Assembly (NCBI GenBank): GCA_021613535.1
Contig: CP075494.1
Coordinates: 8,556,001-8,620,000 of the forward strand
Direction of reading: 5' to 3'
Source of the DNA: Adineta vaga
Taxonomy: Eukaryota; Animalia; Rotifera
DNA length: 64,000 nt
Part shown: positions 1 through 19,800 of the stretch, one piece after another
Numbering within the stretch: the first letter of the stretch is position 1
Layout of the letters: the number at the start of each line of letters is the position of its first letter
Translations under genes and position numbers: made by a program
Notes under the pieces: generated by a model
Told to the model about the DNA's origin: nothing
What the model saw: the letters and a program-made list of their open reading frames with translations, nothing else
Databases searched by the model: none

Positions 1-2106
1 AAAACGTAATGCACAATATGCAAGTGTTCGAAAAACGATAAACATACCGAAAAGTACCAAAAAATTATAACCAATATCAATTCCTACATCGAAATATTTT
101 ATTGCATCTTTACTTAGAAATGTACCAGTGGGATTATTTCGACACGAAGGAATGTATGAACCATCAACACATGTATATATACGATCACCGCGAAATTGTA
201 ATTGTAAACATGCATCATATGAATATTTAAAAAATGATATCCATTTACCCCACACACCTAACCAATGTGGAAGATTTCGAACAAAAAATCCACCAACTAA
301 CATTAAAGTAAGAAGAAGAACCGTTGCACAAGTCATTGCATGTTGTAAATTTTTCAATGCTGCACCTAATAGAAGACCGAGTGATTCTGCGACAAGTATA
401 GCTAACAATTGAAAAACCAGAATAGCAAGAAAAATACCAAAATTTGGATTGATATTCGCCATCCAATAGGCAATAATAAGAAATAATGTTGGTAAAACAA
501 GTTTTAATGGACCTTCTGCTAGAGATTTTGCTACAAAATAGGATGATAAACGATATGATCCACTTGCACGTTCTTTTTCAATGACTGCTCGTTCAAATGG
601 AAATGATAGTAAACCATTCATTAATGTTTGTAACGGCCAAAATGTCATTAAAAAGAAAATAAATGATGAACGATCAGAAAGTGTATCTTCGGAAAAATCC
701 ATTCGTAACCAACACAAACCACTAACAACAGCTAAACCTAATGCTTGTATACAATTAAGCAATGTTAATTGACTTTTACCACTTAAACGAAATGCTCGTG
801 AATAAAGAATTAACATTTGAGGTAGAAAACCTATTGGCCATTTACTTTCATCATTTGTTGGAATTAAATTGACATTATCCGGATTGGTTAAATCTGCTTC
901 ATTACCGGATGGTTCAGCAAGAAGATATTGTTGACTAGCTGGAGAGGACTGTTGTTGAAATTCAGAAGAAATTGTTTTAATATTGGATACTAATCGATTT
1001 CGAAGATAAACTTGTTTAAGTTCTTCACGAACGTTCATATCTTGATTTACAAGATCCATAACATAATCAGCCGGATTATATTGTTCCGGAGAATGATGTC
1101 CTAACGTAGCGAAATATGCAAGAGCATCATGTGGTTTACCCTAAAAAAAAGAAAATAAGTTTTCTAAGAATAGACAGAGAAATGATTAAAATTACCATAA
1201 AAATTGTTTTTCCATCAGCTAAAAGTATCAATTGATCAAATGATTGAAATATTTGTGATGATGGTTGATGTATAGATGTAATGATTGTTTTACCCTGCAT
1301 AGCTAATTCACGAAGTACATCCATTAAAGCAACGGCAGATGTACTATCCAAACCGGATGTTGGTTCTAGAAAAAGATTGATTAGAAGTTTTTCGTTCGAT
1401 GGTAATCATTTTCAGTTGACTTACCATCAAGAAAAATAACACTGGGATTTGTTAATAATTCTGTTCCAATATTCACTCGTTTCTTTTCACCACCAGATAC
1501 TAACATAATTGGAGTATTAGCACATTTTCGAATACGTAATTGATCAATAATTTGTTCAACTTGAGCTAATTTATCCTGTTTAGATAGATGATTTGGTAGT
1601 CGTAATAAAGCGGTATATGTTAATTGTTGTTTAACAGTTAATTGTTCAAAAAATAGATCTTGTTGAAGAACATATGCTAGTTTACGTTTCATACTTTTAT
1701 CATATCGTTGATTATTAAACCAAATATTACCAGTAACACCACTCAATGCTCGACCAGCAAGTGTATTCAATAGAGTTGTTTTACCACAACCTGATGGACC
1801 CATTAGAGCAACCACTTGTCCTGGATGAATTTGACCAGAAACTTGATCAAGTAAAGTTCGTTGAATAAATCGTTCTTTCGATGATGGATCAATCATTTTT
1901 GCTGGAACGCTGATAACTTTTGAAACGTTGTGAAATGTTACTGTAATACGTGGTGATAAGGAGGACAGAATTCGACTACCTTCGACAGACATTTGAACTT
2001 GTAATGTATCACCATCACGCATTTCTATGATATGTTGATTCGGCGATTCCGTTTCATGATTAGATCCTTCATGGATATAACTTTCAGTAGGTTGAACAGA
2101 AGTCAT
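1..2106 (-). CDS. ABCG-family half transporter (NBD-TMD); exons 2106-1425, 1365-1196, 1140-<1; 3' end lies beyond the window start
   Basis: Walker A GPSGCGKT, signature VSGGEKKRV, Walker B/D-loop IFLD|EPTSGLD restored across a GT-AG intron (1366-1424), H-loop SIHQPS, YNPADY, ABC2 membrane domain with [13 protein letters not shown]. Confidence 0.93.
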
Positions 2107-2709
2107 GATAATATTTATTGAGAATGTGTTTGAATTGAATGAAAAAAATGAAAACACATACATTGTATTTATACTATGATTGTCTCGTACTGACATCACT
2201 AGGTTAATAGACAACGTCATGTTTGCCTATAAAGTGTGTACTTTACTAACTGAAAGCGTTTTGTCGTATTCTTCTCAGGTAAAATCAAACGATATAGACC
2301 AAGAGACGCTATGCTAATCGCACTGATCGTACTTCAAGTGTACGAGAGTGATTGCATCAATAGATAGTTTCAAAACTAATTACAAATAATAATCAGAAGA
2401 TGCTTATCTTGGTCGAAAACAATCGTTTATCAATACAATCGATTATGTATGAACATGGTGTATACCAACAGATATTTTTACAAGTAGTAGAACATTGCGA
2501 GTAAGGATAAAGTATCAGCTGATCAACCCCATTTTCAAGAGTTGAGGAATTTCTAGCATTGATTTATTCACGTTTATATTTTAATGAGCGAAGTTATATT
2601 TAACTATAATTTATGTCTATCTATGCAATGAAATAACATTCAAAAACAACAATAGACATTGAGAAAAAAAAAGAAATGAGCACCGTCGATATATGAAAAT
2701 CACTGTATA

Positions 2710-5700
2710 TTAATAGATGTCCGGACAATTTGACCAATTGCGTTGCCAATATTTTTCATTAGATACCCAAACTTCTTGTCCAGTTATTTCATGTTTAGTA
2801 GGACGAAACCATCTAAAGGAAAAAGTCGATAGATATGATCTCAGAAAAATAAACTTAAGATTTACCTTGGTTGCCATTCTTCTCGACGTTTTTCCATCGC
2901 TTGTCTAACTTGTCGTTGTTTTTCTTCGAGACGATTTTTTTCTTCTCCAGCTTTATCAATATTACCTTCTTCCATCGTACGAATATCAGGCCGAAATCGT
3001 GCATCCGTTGGTGGTAATGGTGGATGTGTTTTTCGATTTTCTTCACTCCATTCATTAAGTCCCATAGTAAATATTGAAAAATTGTAATACTAAAAACAAA
3101 ACATCATATGAAAATTTCTTTCGAGTAGAAATTCTTTTTAGAATTTTACTTGATCAGCATATTCTAGTTTGGGTATAATTCGCCAAAGTGTCAATGAATT
3201 CGAAGGTAGATTAAGTTGTTCATGAGATATATCAACATCTGGCACATCTTCATCTGGATCAGCATTATCTGCGCTTGATGCTGAACTTGTAGCACGCGGT
3301 TGAGGATTTTTAGAAGCATATTTTGCATCTTTTTTTTGTTGTTTTAGAAATGATTCAAAATGTTCAATATCAATTGAATACAATGCTTCTGTCCAATAAC
3401 CATACAAACCACGTACTTTACGTTTACTAACAATAAAAATCAATATATATATATAAATATACTTTTCTATTATAGGTTTATGCAAAATTTCTTACTGAGA
3501 ATCAGTAATATAACCTTCGACTTTATGTAATTCTTTTGATGTCCATGAATATGGTTTGAAATGTAATGTTGCTTTTATTTTATTCGTATGATTGACAACT
3601 TCTACAGTACCATGCTATGATATGAAAAATTGATGAACTTCTTTCTTTTCCAATTCGAATTCAATTAACTTACATATTCAAACCAAAGACGACCAACAAC
3701 AATATTATGAATTGTACAAGTTACACTTTCCCAAGTGTAAACTTCTCGATGTCTAAAACAAAAATGAAATTGTCCTAGATTCATATTTATCAATTGGAAT
3801 TTACCGTTTTAATTCGAGCGTTAATAATCCTTTTGGATTAACTTCCATATTTTTTACAGAAAATTTTGCTTTTGGTAAAATACTTCCATAGAATTTCCAT
3901 CGTGCACCGCCGTCTTTTGATTCACATATAAATGCACTTACAGGTGGATGATGACTAACTTGTTCAGACACATAACGAAATGGTAAATCATCACTAAAAT
4001 AATCAAACAGAAATGAATGAATTATGAATAAATTCGATCTCACCGAGAAAATTCATATGTTTCACCAAGTAACGGATTGAATGGTTTTGATAAACGATCG
4101 ATATTACTTGCAATTGACGACACAACAAATGCAGAAACATACTGTTTGCAAAAAGAAAAGTTTCGTTCGAATATATTTTCTCTCTAACTATCAATATGTT
4201 TATTTCAAAATACCTGCATTCGCATAATTGGATCTGTACATTCATCAGCTTTATCCAATAAATATGAATAAAGCACATTTTCTGTAAATCGTTGTAAAAA
4301 TGACAGAGGCTCATTCCAAGCAATTGGCATTGTTATTTTCGATAATTCCTTTGTGAACAAAAACAAATTCTCATATTAAATTCTCAATTCTGATCAATAA
4401 TTTACTTTTCCGATGCATTGTTTAAGTATACTCCAAATACTTATTTGAGATCGATCAAACATTGATACTGGAAGTTTTGTTCTAAATTATATAGAAATGA
4501 AGGTATTCAATGTAGTTTTTTGAATTATTAGTTATAATCATTGCAACTTACCGTTGAGCATTTTTATGTAAAGAAGAATAAAAACTATCCGACGATGTCA
4601 TCAGAATAAAGACTCAAATTAATACGTATCTATGTGAATTCTTTTGATAATATACTTTATGATCGAATTTCGAAAGACTAATAAAACGAAAGAAAATATT
4701 CGCCGCTTTAAATACGTTATGTCGAGAGAAAGATAAAGATATTGTAGGTAATAAATATGTATCGCATGGATTTACCTGCGCACTCATGCGAATAAATAAT
4801 GCATACATTATTTTATCTAAACGATATTGTATATCTTTTTTTTTGTATTTCTTTGTCAACGAAATAGCGAGAGAAAAGAATTTGTTAGTTAATTACTCAT
4901 CTTAGATCACGCCATTCGTTATTCGGAGACTAATCATTGGATAAAATAAAATATACATACCGACCAAATTGTTTTCGTGAAAGTATAGTCCAGTTTCTCA
5001 TTAAATCACGTTGAATATCGTTGGTGTAATGATCAACATCTATACAACAATAGAAAAGAAGGTGATCAGTTATTTCAACATGCATTCGACTTTTTCTTCT
5101 TAGTGAAGAATATCTTTAAACAAAACGTTTGTTCACAGGTAAATCCTCTCTTATCTATAATCTTATCGTTTCTTCTATGTACATTTTTTGATTATATAAA
5201 ATACTATAATTCTGTCGATGATAATAAATAGTATAAATTGAGCTGCTTGTCAAATATCTTACAATTTTCCTTGTTTACACAATGTTTCTCTTTTTTATTG
5301 ATTACCATGTGAAATAAAAAAATGAGTTTCATAGAAGAATATGTTTTACAAATAGTTGATACATGAGGATTATATTTCAGTCAAGTGTATTTGAAAGATT
5401 TTGTTAAAACAACAAAAAAGAAATTCGATCTTTTCACATATTTGACTTATTCTATCATTTTTAAACAATAAATTTAAAGTGAGAACCTTTTCTTTTTCAA
5501 TATTTTAAACGACTAATTATTGAATAGAATTTTTCGATATCGTCTTCATAGTTACAAAAAGCAAAAGTAAAGCTATCTGAAAACTATACATTACTATCTA
5601 GACAATTGCTATCTTCATTACTCAAAAGTGTTCTTTTTCAATGAACGTCCATTAAAAGACAAAATTTCATCATTCTGAATGAAGAGAAAATGACTTGCTA

Positions 5701-5775
5701 TTTCGTTCTACATAATAATAATCGTAGTTAAATACCGTCTGCATCGAAGAAATCATCTGTACCATCATTAGCCAT
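2710..5775 (-). CDS. Oxysterol-binding protein-related protein, ORD-only (ORP1S/ORP2-like), multi-exon; FFAT-like first exon 5775-5736, alternative first exon 4601-4552
   Basis: OSBP signature [20 protein letters not shown]|[40 protein letters not shown]-terminal NWSNCPDIY*. Exon phases are compatible for 5775-5736 ([13 protein letters not shown]), 5039-4961 and 4481-4406. Confidence 0.9.
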
Positions 5776-6941
5776 TTTCGACTTAGTACTAAAAATATAA
5801 ACGAATTCTAAAAGAAAAACAAAATTTCTTTTTTTCTTCTTGATATACATACATAATTCAAACACGTTCTTTCACTTTGATTACTACAGATATATAACAA
5901 GACTAGCCTTGTAGAAGGCAACAAAATATATGTATTGATCAAGCGTGACGCTTGATAAAAAGAAATAAATAGAACGAGCAAAATGACACAATCTTTTAGA
6001 TCATGTGATTTGTTTGGGATAATGAATAATTAGAAGAAAATCTCATATTAGCAAAAAAAAATTCAAACCATTTCGAATAAGATTTGTTGTCGACGACATT
6101 TTAATATTTATGCAGCATGAATAAGAATACGAAGGAGAAAAAATAAGTTTTTCTTTCTTTGTATCAGCTTCGATTTTTCTTTCGTCACTTCGATGCATTG
6201 CGTTGCGTAAAACGATCATAAAAAGATTCTTATGTTTCTAATCGATTGAACAGAATGTCATTTCACTTCCTATATTTAAAAACTATCTGTGAAACATAAC
6301 TAAAACATTTTTCATATGCAAATACGATATATTATGTCTATGATTCATTTTATCGAAAAAAATCGATCGTGATTGATGAACCAGAAGAGATACTGATATA
6401 GTTTGCAAAGATTTGATCTGATGTAAGTAAGATTATATTCATTGAAACTTGATTCAACTAATAATAATATCAAGGAAATTTGATAAAATATCTCACCGTA
6501 ACTAGTAATTTATCGTTTAGTTTTATTTTACTATTCATTATAAAGAGGTGTACATAACATATCGTTTTGAAATTCAAATCTCGAGTACATCATTTTTTTG
6601 TACTAACAAATATGTGAAGAAAATTCTATTGAACTATTGTATTGACTTTGTCATATACACATGTCATATTTCAAACATTTCAATTATTTTACACATTAAC
6701 AAAAAGATGGCGCTCTGGTCTATATCTACATTAACTAATAAACATTTAGATTAGTTTTATTTGCTTAACATGATAACCAATATAATAATCGCTGACGACT
6801 TCAACTAACATAACTATTAACAATATTAATAATAATTGTTATCATTTTTACTTTTCTATAAAAATAAAAACATATTCAATAAACTAACAAGTTATTTCTT
6901 TTTCTCTAGTAAAACAAATGAAATGAGAATAATACGAAAAT

Positions 6942-12356
<5,415 letters not shown>

Positions 12357-13127
12357 TTTGATAAAGAACAAAATCTTATACAAAACATGTGATTGGTTTT
12401 TCTCCGGTGCTTTCTTCTTATTCTCTAATCAAAAACTAACTTTTCAAACTGAAGAAAAAAGAATTCGTATCTTTCAATTCAATTTGGTTTTGTTTTTATT
12501 TTTTTTACTTGTACAGTGAATATAAAACATGTGCTTTTTGTATGGTTTCTTTTGTGCAAGTTGTTCATTTTCATTCTTTTTGCATTGTGTCCAGATGATT
12601 TCGAGAGAGACAACAAAAATTCACAATAAAAAAAGAACACATTTTGTGTGAATGAAGATGATATCAACTTTGTCTTCATATAGATTTCCACGAGAATCAA
12701 CACTGACACACCGATTCATAGTACTCCATTATGTTCAAGGAGAGATTTCATTCACTTAATAAATCGGAAGAAATATTTGAGATAATTACTTCTGACATTG
12801 ATTTCCGTTGTATTGAAGTAATCTCTGGATTCCTAAATTGAACAATTTTTTCTTTCTATGTTTTTAACAATTGATGTTGGAGAAAAAAATCTTGTCGTTT
12901 TCTTTTTATTTCATTGTTCGGTAGCGTCCTCTTTGTTGTCGACTGAAGGAGAAAAAAAGCCTATTTGTTACACGAGAAAACGGCAATGGTAGAAGAAGAA
13001 GAAGAAGACATCGCGCGTTTCACTCACTCATCATTTATACTTGTAACGAACGTTTTTTTTCACATGATGATGTTTATTTTCTTTTTTTGAGATGTACTTT
13101 CAAAAGAATTTTTAAAGAAAGGAAACT

Positions 13128-16100
13128 ATGCCATTTCCTCGATCAGCCAAGGAAATATCAACAAGCGATGGTGAATGTGGAAATTTATTTTCAAAAGAAG
13201 ATCCAGAAAAATTATTTGTTGATTTAAGAGAAATTGGTCATGGAAATTTCGGAGCTGTTTATTATGTATGAAATTTGAAAGTTTTTCTTTTTCAAATAAA
13301 TGATTTCATCTACGTATTGATCATATAGGGTCGAAATTTTGAAACAAATGAAATTGTTGCTATTAAAAAAATGGCAACTGGACGAAAACAAAATGCTGAA
13401 GTAAAAATCTAATGTTTTCTTTTTTTTCATATTTTAATCTTGATGATTGTAATAGACATGGCAAGATATTCTAAAAGAAATTCGATTTCTACGTGAATTA
13501 AATCATCGTCATTGTATTGGATATCGTGGATGTTATTTAAAAGAATATACAACATGGCTTGTGATGGAATATTGTCTGGGTTCAGCAGCTGATCTTATCG
13601 AAGGTTTGTATAAGTTGACAGATGTATTCGTATAGAAAAAAATTGTCGTCGTTCGTTTTTAGTTCACAAGAAACCACTAGCAGAAGATGAAATAGCAACG
13701 ATTGTGTGTGATACACTTAATGCACTGGATTATCTTCATTCTATGCATCGAATTCATCGTGATATTAAAGCAGGAAATATTCTCTTAACCGAAGATGCTA
13801 TTGTTAAACTAGGTAATTCAATTCGAAAGAACAACGATTAATTTCTTCATTGATTAAGCTGTGATACAACATAGAGAACATTCTTTGAAAAACGTTTTCG
13901 ATTTATACGAGACACTAGATTAAATTCTTGTTTTTTTCCTTTGTTTATAGCTGATTTTGGTTCAGCTGCACTTTCAAGTCCAGCCAATAGTTTTGTCGGT
14001 ACTCCGTAAGTAACATTCGTTAAATTTGTCTATTCAAATTTCAAATTATTTTCTTTTTCAAGTTATTGGATTGCACCGGAAGTTATTCTAGCAATGGAGA
14101 ATGGACAATATGATGGTAAAGTTGATATCTGGTCACTTGGAATAACTTGTATCGAATTAGGTTTGTTATATCAGTATGAATGTTTTCTTTCATCAATTTC
14201 AAATTCATTTAGCTGAACGAAAACCTCCTTTATTCAACATGAATCCAATGTCTGCTCTTTATCATATTGCACAAAATGATCCTCCAACATTGATGATGAA
14301 TACTGAAAATCAACAACCCAATTCGAATGGTACAACACCAGTCTATTCAAATGATTTTATTGCTTTTATTGCAAAATGTTTACAAAAAAATCCCAATGAT
14401 CGACCAAATCCTTCTGAATTACTCAAGGTATATAACAATCTTTTATCATAATATTATCTATTAGAATGTTTGTTTTTAGACAACATTTATAATTAATAAA
14501 AGTAATCGTGATATTTTGATTGAATTAATTCGCCGTACAAAAGAAGCGGTGAAAGAATTCGATAATATACGTTATCGTCGAATGAAGAAAGTTCTCATGG
14601 GTCATGATGAACAAATCAGTATTAATACAAGTAATTCATCTGTACCTAATTCAAGTATTATGGAATCGAATGAAATGATTATGATGGATATCGATAGTTC
14701 AACGAATACATCATATCCAATCTTAGATGATGACGATAGTCGTAGTATAGATTTTGTATCAGATACAAATCATATTTACCCAAGTGATGAAATAAGTTTA
14801 AATTCAAGTCAATCAAGTCTTCAACATCCATCTTCCATGCCATTGAATAGTCTATTAATTGGTCGACAAATATCAACAGCATCTCAACCAATTCCAAATC
14901 AAATAAGTTCAAATTCGAATCGACGTTTTTCATCCATTGAAATAAACAACGAAAAACATCTTTCACTTCTTAAACCATTACCACCCCTTCAAATAAATGT
15001 TGATGAAACGAGTTATTCGATAAGAAACGATGTATGTTTAAAAGATAATTTTCGTAAGTCATTCTTTCTCATTCATTTTTTAGTCGATTGCTTCTGATAA
15101 TTCTTCTACTCATCAAGAACCAAATATGCATGCTCCACTTGCGAATGAATTTTCTACTATAAAAACATCACGTATTGTCATTCGTGAACAACGTGAACAT
15201 GATTTGGAAGATCAACAACGTGAACAGTTTCGTGGTTATAAACGTATGCGACGACAACATCAAAAACAATTGAAACAAGTCTGTTTTGATTGTATTTTGA
15301 CAATCTAAAATGAATCAATTTCATTGATTTAGTTTGAAGAACGATGTCGTAATGATAAAGTTGAATTACGTTCCAAACTTGAACGAGAATATAATTCTTT
15401 TCAAGAACAAGTTCATATTGAAAATAATCGTTTATTAGAAAAACATCAAAAAGAATTATCAGATCGTGTTAAATATAATCAAAATCATTTGAGAAAATTC
15501 GAACGTGAACAACAAACAGATTTTGAAGATGAATTAAAACGTTTTCAACAAGAACAAACCAAACAATATAAAATCAAAAAAGATACTTTCAAAAAAGTAT
15601 TTTATTGTCAATGAATTTTATTTTTCTTAATTGAAATGTTTTTTTTATCTTCTAGGAAATCTTAAGTTCATCAACACGTGGTAAAACTGAAAAAGAATGT
15701 GAAATTCGTCGTTTAAAAGATGATTTACAATCAAAATTACGTCATGAAGAACAAACATTAAAAAGTCAAATAGGACATGATCATAATGTTCGTCGTTTAC
15801 AATTAAAACGACGTAAATTATTATTATTACATGTTTTAGAACAAAAATTATTCGAAGAAGTTTGTTTCAAAACATATTCTTACTTCTCTATGTATCTTTT
15901 TTCGTTTCAGAAATGTACAAAAACTATGGATACAATTATGCAACGACATGCTCTATTAAAGAAACATCATGAACAAACCAAAGAACTTGAACATAAACAA
16001 TTGAATAACTTGCATAAGTAAGACATGAATATTTTTAAATTCTTCCTTTCGATGAATTATGATACCTGTATGTGAATAAGATTTTTGGAAAATATTTTAG

Positions 16101-17383
16101 AATGCGAAATGAATTTACAACAAAACAACATCAAACTGAAGTCATTAATTTTCATGAATATAGTAATCGTCGTCAAAAAGAATTAGCAAAACGACATGCT
16201 TTAAGTCAAAAGCAATTTCCAAAAAGCATTAAAGTAATTAATTTCATCAAATAAAAACTATGTTGAGTTATGTAAAATTGAATTCTGTTCTTAGATGAAA
16301 CAAGCAGATATTAAACGTCAACATAAAGAAGCGTTTAATACTCAAACCAAACAATATAAAGTTTTAAAAGAAAAAACACGTTTAGATTATTTAAATGCAT
16401 CAACGAATGGTACACGTGAAGAACTTGATTTGAAATTAAAAGCATTGAAAACGGAACAACGAAGAAAATTTGATTCATTATATCAACGTTATGAAGAAAT
16501 GATACAAAAAATGCTTGATCATCAAAATTTTAAATTAAATTCCGATCAAGAACATGAACGTACTTCATTAAAAACAATACTTGATGATGATCAACGAAAT
16601 TTACTTAATTTACAAGAAGAAAGTCGTCATCGAATGGAACAACAACATTGTGATGAACGAAAGCAATTAGAACGAAATATTGAAGAACGATTAATTGAAT
16701 TGAATAAACAGGTATGAGAAATATATATATATATATATACGACAGATTTCCTATTCAACAAAGTCGTTGATAACTAATAGTAGTGAACACGGTTTGTATT
16801 CTGAAAAGAACTCAATCGATCAGTATCAAAACAAGTAATCCATCATTGAATTATGTGCTTTAGTTTTCTTATATCGCTCATTCTGAAAAGAATTTTCTAA
16901 CTACATCAATGTTTGTATTTAGTTACTAATAGATTTTGGTGATATGTGTATAATCAGAGGTAGAAGGTATTAGAGTACTATTTTGACTTACAGGAATGTT
17001 ATCGAAGTAATGTTACATAGATATTTATTTCTATTTTTGATGAAATTCGAATGAAATAATGGAATGTTTGTATTTAAATTTAGATGGAACAAGAATTAGT
17101 TGCATATAATGAAGATCGTACACGACAATTTGCTTTACTTTTGGAAAAACAACGTCGTGAATTATCTCAAATCGATTTGGAAATCACAACTTTAGGTATA
17201 AATATCGATGATTTAGCTGAATCAATGCAAGATATTCATATGTTTACTGCCAATTCAATTGTTAATAATCCTTCAAATATGAATAATCGAGCATCCATGA
17301 TCAGTTTACATCGTTCTTGTAGTTCAAATTCGTTTGTTGCCAATACAACGAATAATGGAAATGGTACTACAACTTATCAGTAA
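13128..17383 (+). CDS. TAOK: TAO (STE20-family) Ser/Thr kinase with long C-terminal coiled coil
   Basis: [103 protein letters not shown] introns can be placed throughout. Confidence 0.95.
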
Positions 17384-17757
17384 AGACCATTTTTTGTTAG
17401 TCAAAAAACAAATCCTTTGTGAATACAGTGATTTCATCATTATCTTTTCTCTGTTCGAGTTCCAAATCAGGTCATTTCTTTTCTTTTTTTCTCTCTTTCT
17501 TCCGTCTTTGTACAAAAGAACCAAATCAATGTATTATTGTTTTCTTGTTCTTACATTCTTGCAATCAGTTTGTGTTTGTCTTATTTCTTGTTGTTCTTTA
17601 TATCATTCACGTCAAAACACTTTTTTTTCTTCTCTTTTCACTGCTATACTTCACACTATTTTTCTAAATATCGATCAAAGCAATGAATTGTTTTCATTTC
17701 AGATTATTTCATTTTATTATTTTCTTCTATTTGTTTTTGATCGTCGATTAATCTAAC

Positions 17758-19279
17758 ATGGCTAACAATAATTCCATATCTAATAGTGAACAGCCCACTT
17801 TACCAATGCAACAAGAAACAGATCAACCAGTAACAATACAATCAACACTGCCAGGTAAAATAGACAAATGAAAACCTAAACATACATCCGATCATTCTTC
17901 TATTAAACAAAGATTTATAACCTTGTAAAACAAACGAATTAAATGAGTTCTAAGGATTCAAAACATGTTTTTTTTTGTTAATGTTTCTACTATTCCGATT
18001 ACTTTTTCTTTCGTCTAATAATGTTCATGAAACCATTGAAAATTCTTCATGAATAACAAATGAATGAGAAAATTTCATATGATCCCATGAAATGCTTTTC
18101 TAGAACGTCTGATTGGATTTTGTAGCACATGCTTAATAAAAGATTAATGATTATAGTCTAAAATATGGATTCATCTGACTTAAAAACTTTTACTTCATAT
18201 CAATATTCTGATTATATACAATTTTCTAAATGGATCCGATGGATCTAATCAACATTTATAACTAAATTTGACTGTCGGATGTTATTTGTCAATTTCATTA
18301 AATATCTATTAAAATTCATCGATCATCATATGTTGTATTTCTTTTTCAAATTCTATTATTATTGTCTCAGTGCGAATTCGGTTCTTTGCTATAATAGTAC
18401 TATTATATTAATTTCAATTATTACAAGAGATTCTTGTTTTTTCGAATTATATGATGACATTTCGATGACGAATATAAGATTTGCTTCATTAGAACTTTCA
18501 CATTTTTCTAATCAATCAAATTTAAACATATTATTTTCTTAGATGAACCACCACCAGCATATGAAATAACACCATCATCTGGTACAAATGAAATTCTTGC
18601 AACAGCAACAGTTATCGAAGCTCCACCACCCTACTGTCTTGTTGATCCGAGTAAAATTCGTAATATGGATCATATACCACAATATCCTCATATATCACCA
18701 GTAGAAATCATTGATCTACATGGAAATGAACAAGTATGAGTCGAAAAAGGATTTTTTTTTGTACTGAACTATTTCTCTCATTAAATAGTCATCTCATTAT
18801 ACAAATCGTCCAGCAATGTCTTCATGGCTTATATCAGGTTCAAATATGGACATTGGAACAGATTGCACATTTCTAATGGCTTTGTGAGTAATGATCATTG
18901 GTTTATGATTAGCGGGAAATGTATTTTATTTTTTAGTATTATTGCCTTCTTTTTCAATTGGCTTGGTTTCCTTGCTGTTGTTTGTCTTATTCCAACGATT
19001 GCTGCTCGTTTCGGTGCAATGTCAGGGTTTGGTTTAAGTGTTGCTAAATGGATAACAGTAATGCGTTATCACGAATTTAATAATTCAACAATTATCAATG
19101 GCAATTTCACTTCATCGTTTCATCGTACAACGGTTCATGATCCAGCACAAAATTTCGTCTTTGCTATTGTTTTATTTGCTGGATTTTTTCTCTTCATTCG
19201 AGGTTTAATCTCGTATATTGCAGTTAAAAATCGTGCTAATCAAGAAGGACAAACAGCAGATGTATTTACTTGGTACTAA
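17758..19279 (+). CDS. NDFIP: Nedd4-family interacting protein (PY motifs plus 3 TM helices), 4 exons
   Basis: PPAY and PPPY motifs in exon 18543-18733. IGTDCTFLMAF..AFFFNWLGF..TIAARFGAMSGFGLSVAKW is characteristic of NDFIP1/2. Confidence 0.88.
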
Positions 19280-19800
19280 AATCTCATTTCTAGATCTATT
19301 ATTCATATTATTGTCAGAAAAAAAACTAAGCAAAATTCTTCTATATACACATAGCAAAACAAATCAATATTTATATACTTAATTTATTTTTTTGCCTCAT
19401 CTTTACTCTTATATTCTTCTGTCAATATATATATATATCAATATGTATGTCAACGGTTTCGATTTCTATCTCGCGAAATAAATCCTAAATATACTTTCGT
19501 AATCTCGAATGCTTTGTTTTGAACAAGGTTATCATTCTACGATCATAAATCTTTTGTTTCAACTTTAATTATTAAGATAGATTTATATAAATAAATACGA
19601 ATATTATCATCGATACATCTTTGATGGTGAACAAAACCAGAAAAACATGCACGTATACTCTCTCTTACAAAAAAAATTATAACAATAAAAAAAAATCAGT
19701 GTCATCGCTTCTTCTTATATATATATATACATATGTAGAGAATAGAAAAGAAAACAGGAGACAAAACACAACAAGAAGATATTGAAGATGATGAAGAATA

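Noticed and set aside
128-772. Short plus-strand ORFs in the track (and similar 60-150 aa ORFs throughout)
   Set aside because: They are antisense or off-frame shadows of real exons, or low-complexity UTR and intron sequence with F/I/K-biased composition and no motifs.
17334-17756. 140-aa hydrophobic ORF between TAO and NDFIP
   Set aside because: It has a TTG start and T-rich 3'UTR composition giving an F/L/S bias, and it overlaps the TAO stop. It is not credible as a gene.
17855-18542. Long NDFIP intron with small palindromes (tggatccgatggatc)
   Set aside because: I could not identify convincing terminal repeats or an ORF, so I cannot support a mobile element or ncRNA.
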